The notes under the pieces were generated by a model, which worked only from the letters and a program-made list of their open reading frames with translations, ran no database searches and was not told the DNA's origin. The position numbers and the translations under genes are program-made. Shown piece by piece: positions 14,214 to 27,412 of a DNA stretch of 64,000 nt (the first letter of the stretch is position 1; every line of letters begins with the position of its first letter). Source of the stretch: the human T2T-CHM13v2.0 reference genome, Homo sapiens. The DNA is taken from NCBI RefSeq assembly GCF_009914755.1, contig NC_060926.1. One strand, 5' to 3'.

Positions 14214-16036
14214 CTGTTCAGAAAAAGTAACAAGCAAAGAGTGAGGCATACTAAGTAGCCTTTATGGCATCTCTAAAGTCTGGGCAGCATCACAGACGGA
14301 TCTGGGACTTCTCCATGCCAGGCTAGTCCAGACCATGACAAGTTTCTCCTAGATGACTGCAAAATGAGAAAAATAAGCACAATTTGGTGGTGTGTAGGTG
14401 TGTGGTCACAAAACTGCCTTCATCCTTTATTCTATAATGTTTTTCTTCCTACTTTTTTTGATGTAAAATATTTTGTGAAATGATGGTAACATTAGAGGTA
14501 GTCGTTACTATTTTTTAACTTCCTTATGTAGTAAGATAAAAAGTTATTAGTGCCCCGTATTCTTTTTACATTTCGTTTTACTGATCTACTCTTTCTAACA
14601 GTTTGAAAAAAGTATTCTAAATATCAGGCAACAAATAATTACCAGACCTTACACCAGGTACCCAGAATATTAACATGAAACATGGAGCCCCATTTCCAAA
14701 AGAGATTTGGAGTTCTCTACTCTCTGGTACAAGGATATTTTTAAAATAAATAGTAGCCTTTAATTTTTTGATACTCTAAAATAAATTCTAGAGTTGAAGG
14801 AACTGTATATCCTCACTCTCATTTCCATACAGAAGAGATATTTTCTGCTTCTTATAAGGGACACCGACCTTTCTCTAACACCTCGCCTCAGTCTTCCTCC
14901 TATAGAAGACCACAAGGTGGGACTGAGAAGGGAGGAACCAGGCTTCCTGAGGCCTCAGAGTTTTCTTCTCTGTAGGTCAGGAGGAAAGCATCCTCTCCTG
15001 CTAGGGAGGTTTCTCAGCTCAGCCTGAGCTGGGGTAGGACAGTTTATGGCAGCACTGGTGGAGGGATTTGTATGCAAGTCTGTTTTATTGCAGCCTGAAA
15101 CCTCCTTCTCGAATCAGTTGGCATTTCATCTCTAGCTATGTGATTCCTGTTTCTTATACTATCTTAATTGGATCAGACTCAAGGGGAGAGAAAAGATACT
15201 ATTCAGTGGTGTGCCTGACCCCAAAGCCATGGTATGTAGCCTGGGAACATTGAGAAGCAGTCACCAGGCATGGCCTTGTGGACATCTGGAGAAATAGGAG
15301 CTTCTGGCTCAGCCTACATGAATAGGTTACATTGCCACACAAGACCCTTTAAAAAAAATCTTAGCCAGTCACAGCAGCTACTGTGGCCTTATAAACAAAT
15401 ACAGTACTATGTTCTAATAGACAAAGGTCCAGGTAAACAAGGGTCACTTAGAACTTACTAGGTGCTTCAAATTCAACAAGTTTTGGGTCTCCCAAAAGTG
15501 TTTCTTGTTCAGAGAAGTCTTGTCCACCTTTATCTTTCTGCAGTTCAATAATCCTTCCAAGGAGACAGATACCCTCAAGATGAACATCTGACTCAGGGCT
15601 GGGTGAGAGTTATTACTGTCTTATCTATGATTCACTTAGTAGGTTTCACCCCTCAGTCTTAGTATTAACAGTAACTAGGTGACCTAGGAACTAAAGTTAA
15701 AACAGCCCCCCAGGGAATGGGCACTAGAGAACACATTAAGAAACAGTGTCTGGTATCTGGAAAATAGCTTCACAAGTTGGGACCAAGGTTAAAACTGCTG
15801 AGGACAACAGTAATACCCCACTGATCATAAGATCAAATGTCAGATCCAATGTGTTAATAGAAAAAAATATGGAAGGGGGGAGATTAATCCCTCACTGCAC
15901 ACATTCATAGAAGAGAGGGAGTATCTTCCTCCTAGGAGGGAAGCATATAGGAGAATATTTGCTGCCTCTTCCCCCTCACCCTTCCTCCCTAACAGAGGAA
16001 GGGGTGAAGAGTGATTTATCCACAAGTCCTGAGAGG

Positions 16037-16335
16037 GGCCAGGCATGGTAGCTCATGCATGTAATCCTAGTGCTTTGGAAGGCCAAGGAGGGAGGTCACT
16101 TGAGGCCAGGAGTTTGAGACCAGCCTGGGCAACATAGTAAGACCTTGTCTGCATAAAAAAATTTAAAAATTAGCCAGGCATAATGGTGCATTCCTACAGT
16201 CCCAGCTACTCAAAAGACTAAGGCAGGAAGATCACTTAAGCCTAGGCGTTTGAGGCTGCAGAGAGCTAAGATCACGCCACAGCACCCTAGACCAGGCAAG
16301 AGTGGAACTCTGTCTCTTAAAACAAAACAAAACAA
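16037..16335 (+). mobile_element. AluJ-type SINE
   Basis: Diverged dimer with (CAAAA)n tail; TSD AAGTCCTGAGAGG. Confidence 0.9.
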
Positions 16336-18104
16336 AAGTCCTGAGAGGAAGAAGAAAATTTTCATGCAGCTCTCAGCCACTCCTGGTGCCCTTCCTTTCT
16401 GGGCAGCCTGTCTTTGGGACACATGCATCTTTTCTGCCATAAGATATGTTGCCTGCCCCACAGGGGAAGCCAGTGGTTGTCCAGGTCTGCTTGGGACTCA
16501 CATGGGATAGCTTGGTAGTGAAGCACTAACAAACCCATTTGGCAACATATCTAAGGTTCTCTGTTAAGCTTTTTTTAAAATTTTGATCTCCATCAGACTC
16601 TCATAGCTTATTTAATTTCCTTGAAACTTGTAAGAAGAGATGAGTGTTCAACTGGTACTGCTGCCTAAACTCCAAGCTTAGCAAATGAAAATGAATATCA
16701 GTTCTGGTTTTGCTCAATGCAGGTCCCAACTAACTATGCAGGGGCACGTGATCAATACAGCCTTTCCTTAGTTACATTTTGGTTCAGCAGGAGGAGAGCT
16801 CCCTCTTGTGGCTACAGATATATTGGTTTGCATAGAGTTACCAATTGCCTAGAACCATACATAATAGCTTAAAAACAAGAGGCTGGGACCCACACCACCA
16901 TCCAGCCTAACCCCCTGCCTTCAGACATGGCATTTCCTGGCCACTCTTCGGAGCCAGCCTACTCACCCAGTTCATAAAGGTCCAGAGAGAAGGCTATCAC
17001 GGGTCATCCTAGGATTTACAACCCTCTTAAACCCACCTCTCAGAAATTACTGCCAAGTCTGGACAGTCTTGGCAGCCAAGGTGAGGACATGGAGGAAAAT
17101 GCAGGCAGGCTGGGGGTAGGGAAAGAAAGTGAGAAAGACTTCTTCCAGAAATCTAACAATCCCCTTTCAGCTTCTACCTGCGGCTCTAGGTGGATCCTTC
17201 AGATTTCCTAAAAATCACAGAAATTAACAATTGCAGAGGTCACCAGGCCGGTTTCCTAGACTAAGATTTTAACATGCCCAGCTGTGACTAGTTTGACTCC
17301 TTTAGTTTTTAAGAGTGTTCAGTGCACTGCTTTCTTCTCCACTGCAAACAGCTTGAAAGACAGTGAATTAAACCTGGGTCTAAATTCAAGTTCCACCACA
17401 ACTCTGAAACTTTTGGCAAGTAACTTGGTCCAGGTCCAATACTCCTATCATAAAACTAGGGATAATCCCTACTCAAAGCGGTAGTGAAGGTAAAATAATA
17501 AAATACACATGCAAGTGCTTGGAACACAGATGCCCAATAAAATGTTTGTTGTTGAAATGAACTCAGTTATAAATGTAAAATCCCATTTATGGGCCTCTGG
17601 CCATAGGACCCTCTGTTAATGGGGCTTCAGAAGAAGATAGAAGTAGAGGATAGAAGCTTATGGAACTCTCAGCAAAGAAAGATGACAGAGAACAAGGCCT
17701 CAATTGGGCACATAAAGAAGACAGCTTGAGAGACAACCATGCCGTCAATAGGCAAGTGTGCTCCTTGGACATACGTCCAGCCCACCCATTAAATTGACTA
17801 GATATACTGGAAGACGGCAAACATAAGGCAGTTTTAGTCTAAACTGCACCTAACCAGAAACTCTATGGTGGGGGGGAACACCAAACAGAACACATTCCAA
17901 AACCAAACAGAAAAGATTTTTAGATGACTCAGTACCCTGTGGCTGTAACATGTCTTCTACAGATAATAAAGAATGAGCTACCTGATGCACTGCTGACTCT
18001 GGTGGGTCCTTAGTCACGTAAACCCGTCTCCAGCTTTGCCCACAGTTACAGTTCATGGCTCTGCACTTAAGAGACACACATCAAGCACTTACCAGGGAAT
18101 ATAA

Positions 18105-18430
18105 CACATCCTCAATCCCTTATCCAAACCCTTTGGGTCAGATGTGTTTCAGAATTCTGAATTTTTTAGATTTAGTTCCTTAGAATACCTAAGGGATACA
18201 TATTATATATTATGTAAGAACCCAGGAAAATCTAGAGTCACACTCTATAATAAAAAAAAATTTATTTAGCAAAACTTATAAATAGTCACATAAGTGGGAT
18301 CAATAAAGCTATAAATTCAGTCAATTCAGGTTATGTTTTGCTCCCAAATAAGCTTTGTATCTAAACCTAAAAGAAGAAAAAACAGTTTTCAGTGTCTTTT
18401 AGATTTCAGAAATATAGACAAGGAATTGAG
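18105..18430. mobile_element. Tigger-derived DNA transposon remnant (MER46C-like)
   Basis: Decayed inverted termini (ATCCCTTATCC... / ...GACAAGGAATTG); family recalled from memory. Confidence 0.4.
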
Positions 18431-18761
18431 AAGACATAGAAAAATACTGTGTTCCCATATCTATTAAAAGTATAATGGAATGCTGCCACTGATGGGAGTC
18501 TACCATATTCCCTAAGGATATCGAAATGAAAACAGGGCCTAACGACCACTGGAAAACTCAAGGGGAATTTAGGAAAAAAGCACACGTGGGATCCAAGAAA
18601 TGGTAAAACTAGCACAGAAAAAATGCAATGAAAAGAAATACCAGCACATCAAGGGTGCCACAGGTATAGGAAGCAATCAGCTCAAAGACAGAAGCTTCCA
18701 AGAAAAGCATCCTCAAGAAGACAAAGAATTCATGCTAATGAACAGCCTGATTAAGAAGCAT

Positions 18762-19050
18762 AGGCCAGGTGCGGTGGCTCACACCTCTAATCCCAGGAGG
18801 CCAAGGCAAGAGGATTGCCTGAGCCCAGGAGTTTTAAGACCAGCCTGGACAAGATGGTGAGACACCATCCCTACAAAAAATTTAAAAATTAGCTGGGCGT
18901 GGTGGTGTATGCCTGTGGCTCTAGCTACACAGGAGGCTGAGGTAAGAGGATCACTTAAGGAAGTCGAGGCTGCAGTGAGTGGTGTTGGCACCACTGCACT
19001 CCAGCATGGGTGATAAGAGTGAGACTCTGTCTCAAAAAAAAAAAAAAAAA
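18762..19050 (+). mobile_element. AluJ-type SINE
   Basis: Dimeric Alu with small internal deletions and an A-tail. Confidence 0.88.
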
Positions 19051-20004
19051 GCTGGCTGATCTGAGCTACAGCTAAAGGCATATGCTTCTTTTGTCAACAA
19101 GAAAAAAACAAAGGCAATTAGAAACTTACAGGGAAAATGCTGTATAAATATAAAGTAAATTGCAACATTCCTGATGCTCAGTTACTCACAGATACCACCT
19201 CCACTTGGCTGCCAGAAACACAGGGGCAAATCTTTGGCCAACAGTAGGAAAACAAAGCATTTTGTGACCCATCACTGTGGCAGTCTTACCCCAACTCTGC
19301 CTTTTGTCCCCACTTTTTTTTCCCCCTTTGCTCCATTTTCCCACCATTATTGCTTCCTGTTATTTATAAGACCCCTTTGTTCCTTTTGGAAGTGTTTTCT
19401 CTTGGGAGAAGGTAATACTTCAGAAAAATGAATAAACAGACTGTCACAGAATCACACATATCTGAGGTCAGGAATCTCTCTTCTGACGGATAAAAGAACT
19501 GAGGCCCACAGAAGGAGTGGCTGTTCCAAGGCCACACAGAGACCCACTGGAAGGCTGGGAGAAGAACCAGGTATCCCAAATGGTCTAATGAAATGGCCAA
19601 GCCCCTGGTGAGCTGCTGTGCTACAAAAGACTGGGCAGGGTATGCTCAGGTGAGATCTCTAGCAAGGAGACCATGCTGCTTTCTCTCGAAGACAGGCAAA
19701 GTGAGACTCTGCCTTACACAGAGGCAATGGGGAAGGAAAGCATCTCCTTTCCTCTTTCTAATCAACTTCCACTGATATGAGCTGTCTTTGAAAGATAAAC
19801 TAAGTAGTCACTACAAACTTTGATCTAGCTGTGTGACCTTGGCTTCTTTCAGTCTCAGTTTCATTTGTAAGGCAGGGATAATACCTCTTGTAATAAAAGT
19901 TAAAATAAACTATGTAAAGTGTCCAACCAACTTCTGGCACACAGTAGACACTCAAAAGTTAGTTCCCTTCTCCCCACCTTTAGGTTTTCCATAGAAAAAC
20001 TTAC

Positions 20005-20099
20005 ATTTTTTGACCTATCGTAGAGTTTTCTTGAAAGAGCAAATCAACATCTACATCAAAGTTGCAAGTGGTGATACACCAAGTCATTCCTCCTACTAC
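20005..20099 (-). CDS. CCDC93: CCDC93 coding exon 3 (95 nt; [31 protein letters not shown](I))
   Basis: Acceptor tttatgtcttgcAG, donor GTAAGT; absent from the ORF track, found by hand translation; phase 0/2. Confidence 0.95.
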
Positions 20100-20274
20100 C
20101 TGCAAGACATAAAGAAAATATTTGTTTTCTCTTTTTAGTTTGGGGAGAATGGAAGAAGTGGAAGGTAGATGGATTATAAATAGCTCTAATAGACTCAGTA
20201 AACATACAAAATTATATATCTTGAGAGAGAGAGAGTGTGTCCTCCTTACCCCATCAAGTACAATTAATCTAAAA

Positions 20275-20420
20275 TGGCACCGTTACAGAAAACTTTCTGC
20301 AGTGACAGAAATATTCCGTTATCTGCAAGGACAAGTACAGTAGCTACTAGCCACATGTGGCTGCTGAGCAGTTGAAATGTGGCTGGCATGACTGAGGAGC
20401 TGACTTTTATTATTAAATGA
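20275..20420. mobile_element. MER3-like hAT-Charlie fragment
   Basis: AGCTACTAGCCACATGTGGCT...TTGAAATGTGGCTGG core. Confidence 0.6.
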
Positions 20421-20656
20421 ACATACTGTACATAGATCCTCTTTATAGTCAAAAGGACAGACATTAATTCTGTGTTTTATAGACCAGACACATGGGCAGC
20501 AAGGCTGACATTTTGTTTCCATACATCTTATTTTTCTTATCTACCTGAGAATCCCTGGCTCTACTTTTCCCTCAGGAATTCTCTGAGATGCAAATGAGAG
20601 TAAGACTAAAAACCCATTTTGAAACAAAATCCTTTTCAGACACAGCTTGATATTAG

Positions 20657-20988
<332 letters not shown>

Positions 20989-21827
20989 TTACCCCTGGCT
21001 GCTTTAGACTCTTACGAGTTGCCCAATAAAAATGCAGATTCCAGGGCCCAAGCCCAGACCTAGCTAACCAAAATTTCAATGAGTGAATCCTGGGTTCTGT
21101 ATTATAAAATAACCCAGAGTAATTCTGTTAGGCACAGCCAGGACTGTGACCCCGTGGAGCACTCAGCACTGTCTTCCACAGCCTGCCCTGTCTGATTTGA
21201 ATGCGTCCTTTCTGTGCACAGTCCACGGTGGCACTTTCTGCATCATGCCATTTATTCTGTGCATGTTGATTCACTTGTCTCTCATCCCCACTCTACAGAA
21301 ATTGGGCTCTTTGAGAACTGTGCCTCTGTTTTTTCTCTGTGTCCTCAACACCTATTACTATGATTTGTGCATCATCATTCAAGGTTCTGCTGAATTAAAA
21401 GATTTCATTGCATAGCGATCTCTCTCTCATCCTAAATCAGAGCATTTACTATCCGCAGAATATCTGGCAACCGTCTGTGAGCACGCTGACTTGGGATAGC
21501 TCATTATTAACTCTGATTATTTTATTTTCCATAAGTTTTATAATCCCCACCCAAACTGTAAATTCCTTGAAAGAAGGAACTATTTATTTTGCTTCTTTGC
21601 ATTTCCTAAAGCTTTGTGCACAGAAAAGGAACTGACGTATTCACTGATACATCATTTCTGTCTTTGAAAAGAAGTTTGAACACTTCCATAATGAATCTGA
21701 ATTAGGAAGAAATGGAAACACAGACATGGAGGAAGTTAAAACATCATCTTTTCCTCCTTTCTTTGCCATGATTAACCATGTCATTCTGACAAAAGATAGT
21801 GTAATGGTTAGAAAGATTTCCCCTTAC

Positions 21828-21941
21828 CTTGTCAAAGGGTGATAAGCCTTTAATTCTTGCCCTGAAATACCCAGCTGCAACCAAGAGCTCCAGAATTTCA
21901 GTCAACTTGACATTTTGTTCTTCATCTTCTCTTGTTTCCAC
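21828..21941 (-). CDS. CCDC93: CCDC93 coding exon 2 (114 nt; [38 protein letters not shown])
   Basis: Acceptor ccttttattttAG, donor GTAAGG; peptide matches the recalled start of the CCDC93 calponin-homology-like N-terminal domain. Confidence 0.97.
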
Positions 21942-22364
21942 CTAAAATAAAAGGTAAAACTTTGGCTGGTAAAAGATATGCTGAATAAAGGAACACCAGG
22001 TATATCCCCTGATGCCACAAGCTCATTGCCAAGGAGTAGATGACATTGGCTACATCACCACAATAGATTCTCTGAAAATTCAGCAAGTGTCACACAGAAG
22101 TATGTGGACAGTGTTGTTGGAGTCACAAATGGGTCCGCGGTCCTCAACGGGCTGTCAATCTTCATAGCTGAGGGAGACACATGCCCAAGTAGTATATACT
22201 ACTCATCACATGCTGAAGGAATCCAGGGAAAAGGAAGGTTAGAGCACAATACTTCCTTTTTCTCTAACCCATGGTTTACTTTGACAGTCTTCTCAAATGG
22301 ATTATGACTCCTTACAAACAGGAACAAGGTTTTATGGTGTTTTCTAAAAAAAACTTTACACTTA

Positions 22365-22657
<293 letters not shown>

Positions 22658-22668
22658 ACTTTATACTT

Positions 22669-22977
<309 letters not shown>

Positions 22978-23186
22978 GTTATACTCATCCAGAAGTTACT
23001 GACAACAGGCATAGAAATGAAGAAGGGAATTCAAAAGTGCATCCCTCACTGTACTTCCCTTTTCGATCTCGAAAACAATTATATGAAAGGCTTCCAACCC
23101 AGATACATTAAAGGGTGATTATTGCCACATAATAGGATTGCCTTAAAAATAATAAATTCATCTAATATATGTATATCAGTATTTTG

Positions 23187-23537
23187 CTTTTTTTTTGTTT
23201 TTTTGTTGCTTTTGTTTTTGTTTTTGAGACAGAGTCTCGCTCTGTCACCCTGGCTGGAGCACGGTGGCGCAATCTCGGCTCACTGTACTCGGATCCCAGA
23301 GACAACCTCCACCTCCTAGGTTCAAGCGATTCTCCTGCCTCAGCTTCCCAAGTTGCTGGGACTACAGGCACATGCCACCACGCCCGTTTGTTTGTTTGTT
23401 TGTTTGTTTTTGTATTTTTAGTAGAGATGGGGTTTCACCGTGTTAGCCAGGATGGTCTCGATCTCCTGACCTCATGATCCACCCGCCTCAGCCTCCCAAA
23501 GTGCTGGGATTACAGGCATGAGCCATCGCGCCTGGCC
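23187..23537 (-). mobile_element. AluS(c)-type SINE with 17-nt internal insertion
   Basis: Reverse dimer; TSD GTAT(A/C)TCAG(T/C)ATTTTG; extra TACTCGGATCCCAGAGA at 23286-23302. Confidence 0.9.
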
Positions 23538-24194
23538 GTATCTCAGCATTTTGATTTAAAATTTTTAATTTATATCCTCCTTTTACCCCAATCTTTATCT
23601 AATACTTAAATCCATCTAAATATTCTAATACTCTTTCATCTATTTACTATCATGAACTACCTTTCCTCTCTTCCTTTGCTACCAAAAATAAAAAACCATC
23701 TCTCTATATAAAACACCAATAAGATATCCTGGTTCACATGCTCATAATCATCTCTGAGTCCTCCCTTACCCAACAATGCCTGTTAAGTCTTCCTTTACTA
23801 TGCATCTCACATTTATCTTCCCTTCCCTTTCATTCATACTTCATTCCAGGACTCTTGCAAATGCTTCTTCATCTTTCTTCCTTTAATTTGTTTTGCTCAT
23901 CCCTTCCTAAATCACAGCTTTCATGTTATCCCTCTTTAGCTCACCCTCCCAGCCCTTATCAACAATGCACCACACACACTGCCTGTAAGATAAACTCCAG
24001 ATGTCTGGTTTCACATTCAGATCTTTGGCCACCAAACTATCTTTTCAGGTTCATCCTTTAACTACCCCAAAAACAATCAAGACAAGGCCATGGCTATATT
24101 CTCTAACCACTGAGAAATCACTTTCAAATTCCAGCTCCCATGCAACACCATCCCTCACAAGTCTATCCTGAAATGGCCACTCTCCTCAGCATTT

Positions 24195-24248
24195 CTGTAC
24201 ATATAACTAAGTATCAACTATATACTGTACATATAACTAAGTATCAAC
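24195..24248. repeat. Perfect 24-bp direct repeat with TATATA spacer
   Basis: CTGTACATATAACTAAGTATCAAC at 24195-24218 and 24225-24248. Confidence 0.9.
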
Positions 24249-25379
24249 CTCTTCAAAGTGAGATATCTAGTGTTATATACATGCTTGTCTTTGCAACTGG
24301 ACTACTGATTGATTAAGGAGAGGACTATATATTATATACTTGGGTTTACTCCTCTGAATCCAAACAACATTAAGCTCCAAGGACACACTTATTAAATAAA
24401 GAATGATCTACTAATGCTTACATAAAGTAAGTGAACCTAAACCAGTCATGTATTAATAAAATGTTTCAGTGATCACATCCCTGACAATGGAAAGAAGTTT
24501 ATTTTGATGTATAAACTGCCAGGAAAGGGAGTATACATATTAAAATATAGTTAATACAGAATTATTAAAGTGACTGATAATCCCCTGCAATAGAGTAGGA
24601 GTGGCGTGGGGGAGGTGACAGCACTGAGCTACATCCGTCTCTGAAATGACCCTGGTCCAGTCCATTAAGGATCCTGAAGATCAGCATTCACTAGTTCCTA
24701 GTGGACATAAAAATTTTCTTAAGTAATATAAATAATTCACACCTTCTCTCCCTTCTGCAAAAAATCTGGGATGGTTGAGAAACATCTACAAGTGAAAACA
24801 CTCTAAGAAAAGAGAAGCTAAAGAGTAGTTGTAGTTCAAGTCAGCAGAAAAAGAAAATGAGATAATATAAGTACTTTCTTAAAACTTCTGGGGTGTAAAA
24901 CAGGAACACTTCATTTGTTCAATCATTTATTATGAAAACATGAGAAGAAGACAAAAAAAAACAAAAAAAAATAGGATCATCACTGCCTCAACACCTATCT
25001 AATGGACACCCACTGGCCACCCCACCACAGATGCAGGGCCCAGGCTTCCATCCACTCACCCCTAGCATGGAGAAGTTTACTTTTGCAATATAACTTGTGA
25101 AGTAATTTTGGCACAAGACACTAAATGGGAATGTATGACTCCAAATTCACTTAGCAGATTAACACTGAAATCAAATGGAAAAGGGCCACTGTCTGATCTG
25201 CTGGGAATGAAAGACCCTCTCTTGAAGCAATAAAAATCCACCAGGCTGGTTAATACATCCAGTTGTTGAAGCTAAATTTCTGACAAAGACAAACAACAAT
25301 GAGCTCTTACACAAAGCCCAATAAACTTTCAATTTCCGTCCACTATAGTTGTTGTAAGCTGGAAGGCAGGCCAAGTCTA

Positions 25380-25580
<201 letters not shown>

Positions 25581-27238
25581 TTAATGAATTAACTGGTCTA
25601 GTGACATCCTAATAACACAGACTATCCATATTTATATTTACTAGCTTCTGAACTAAATGATGATAAGTTATTGCTTGACCTGGTGAGTGTGGCCTCTTAG
25701 CAGTCAGTGAAAGTTTAAACGAAGGACATACAGCAGCAGGTTGCTCTTCATTAATTAATTTATTTATTTTCCCCCCAGAAAGACCTCCACTGATAGTACT
25801 GTGGAATATTGGGTTGGACGGATTTAAAGTAGAACGTGGGAGACCAGACAGAAGTCTACAGCAAAAGGCCAGGCAAAAACTTGATGAGAGCCTAGAATAC
25901 AGAAGTGGCAAAAAAGAAAACTTCAAATGTCACAGTACAAATCCTATTGTTCACTATCCTGGGTCCCATCCCAGGCAACGTGCATGTAAGATTTTACCTA
26001 ATACAGGGGTTCTGACAACATTATGCTTGTCAGGTTTTCTTAAGACAACAAAATGGACTTGCATTCGGGGAGCACACACTGACAAACAAATCTGTCCTTT
26101 CAGACTATATATATTCCCAGCTTCTGGACACAGAACACAGTGATCCCTCAATTAGTGGATACTTGTGATATGAAAGAACTGAGGATTTGGGAGGAGTGCA
26201 GAGGAGTAACATTGGTCACTGGCAGGTAAGTGTGAAGGGACGACTCACCACGTCAAGCAAGCAGTCACCCTGCCCAATGCCTGCTCCAGAACCTTAGGAA
26301 AAAGGCAGAGGTGCGGCGTGGCTTCCATTTCTCTCCAGAATCCAGTAAACTAGACTAGCCTTTGAGTAAAATCAACTGAAAGGGACGACAGATGCAAACT
26401 ACCTATGAGATGCTAAGTGGTATTTGCAGCCAAAAGAAAATGAATACACTTTCCCTGTATTCCCAGCAAACGTGGAAATCCGCAAACCACTCATGACCCT
26501 CTCCCTAGCACTAAGTGAGTACTTAACAAACACCTTTGGAAAAGAACCCCGCCCTCTTCTGGAGAAGCCGCAGCCTTTCCGCCCAGAGCCGGGTCCCCCG
26601 CCACACAGCACCCCTGGAGTGCGTCCCACCCCGAACGCCCCGGCGCGCTGACCCAGCGGGACACCTCCCTGGTGCGCGCAAGTCTCCCAAACTTCCTCCC
26701 GCCGCCCCGGCCCGGGTCCACGCAAGGAGGGTGGCATTCCCTCCCGACAGCAAGGCGGGTGGGGCGGGCCGCCGGGACTCTGCGGGGTGGCGGTAGACGT
26801 CCCAAGGTCACCACCCGAGCCCGAACCGCCTCGGAGAGCGGTCTCGTGACTCCAGCGCCCAGCAGCCTCGGCCCTCGGGGCTAGCCCTGCGGCGCGGGGT
26901 GGGGGAGCCCGTCCCGGACAGGGAGAAAGGTGGGAGCCCAGGACCCCGCGGCGCGTGGGGCTGCGTCAGAGCAGGTGTCGGGCTAGGAAGGCCACCTGCG
27001 CCCCAAGAGACCCGGGAGCGGCTTAAGTTTGTCCTCACCCGCCCGCCGCCCCCTGCCCATGCAGGGGTACCTGCTCCCCGCCTCCAAGAAGAGGGTCGGC
27101 GCTTCCCTGAGGTGGATACGCCTGAGGAAGGGGGCGGGGCGCCCCTAACGCACCCAGGGCCCGCTCAGCCCGCCGCCCCGCGGCTCGGCCCTCTCTTCAG
27201 GAACCCCGACGTGTCAGGGAAGGAGGAGGCGTTCTTAC

Positions 27239-27280
27239 CTCCGGGAGACCCTGGCCCTCCGGCCCCCTGGGCAAACCCAT
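27239..27280 (-). CDS. CCDC93: CCDC93 coding exon 1 (42 nt; MGLPRGPEGQGLPE); CCC/Commander complex subunit
   Basis: ATG in context cggatcATGG; donor GAG|GTAAGA; joins in frame with exon 2; peptide matches the recalled human CCDC93 N-terminus. Confidence 0.96.
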
Positions 27281-27391
27281 GATCCGACCGGGCTGTCGTA
27301 AGGCGAGAGCGAAGCCCGCCAAGCGTCCGGAGGAAGCTGTCCCTGCCGCGGAGCTGCTACCGGGGTGGAGTGCAAAGCGGAAACTCCCTCT

Positions 27392-27412
27392 GCCGCCGCC
27401 GCCGCCGCCGCC
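27392..27412 (-). repeat. (GGC)7 trinucleotide tract in the CCDC93 5' leader region
   Basis: Seven uninterrupted GCC units on + strand, 112 nt upstream of the ATG. Confidence 0.95.
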
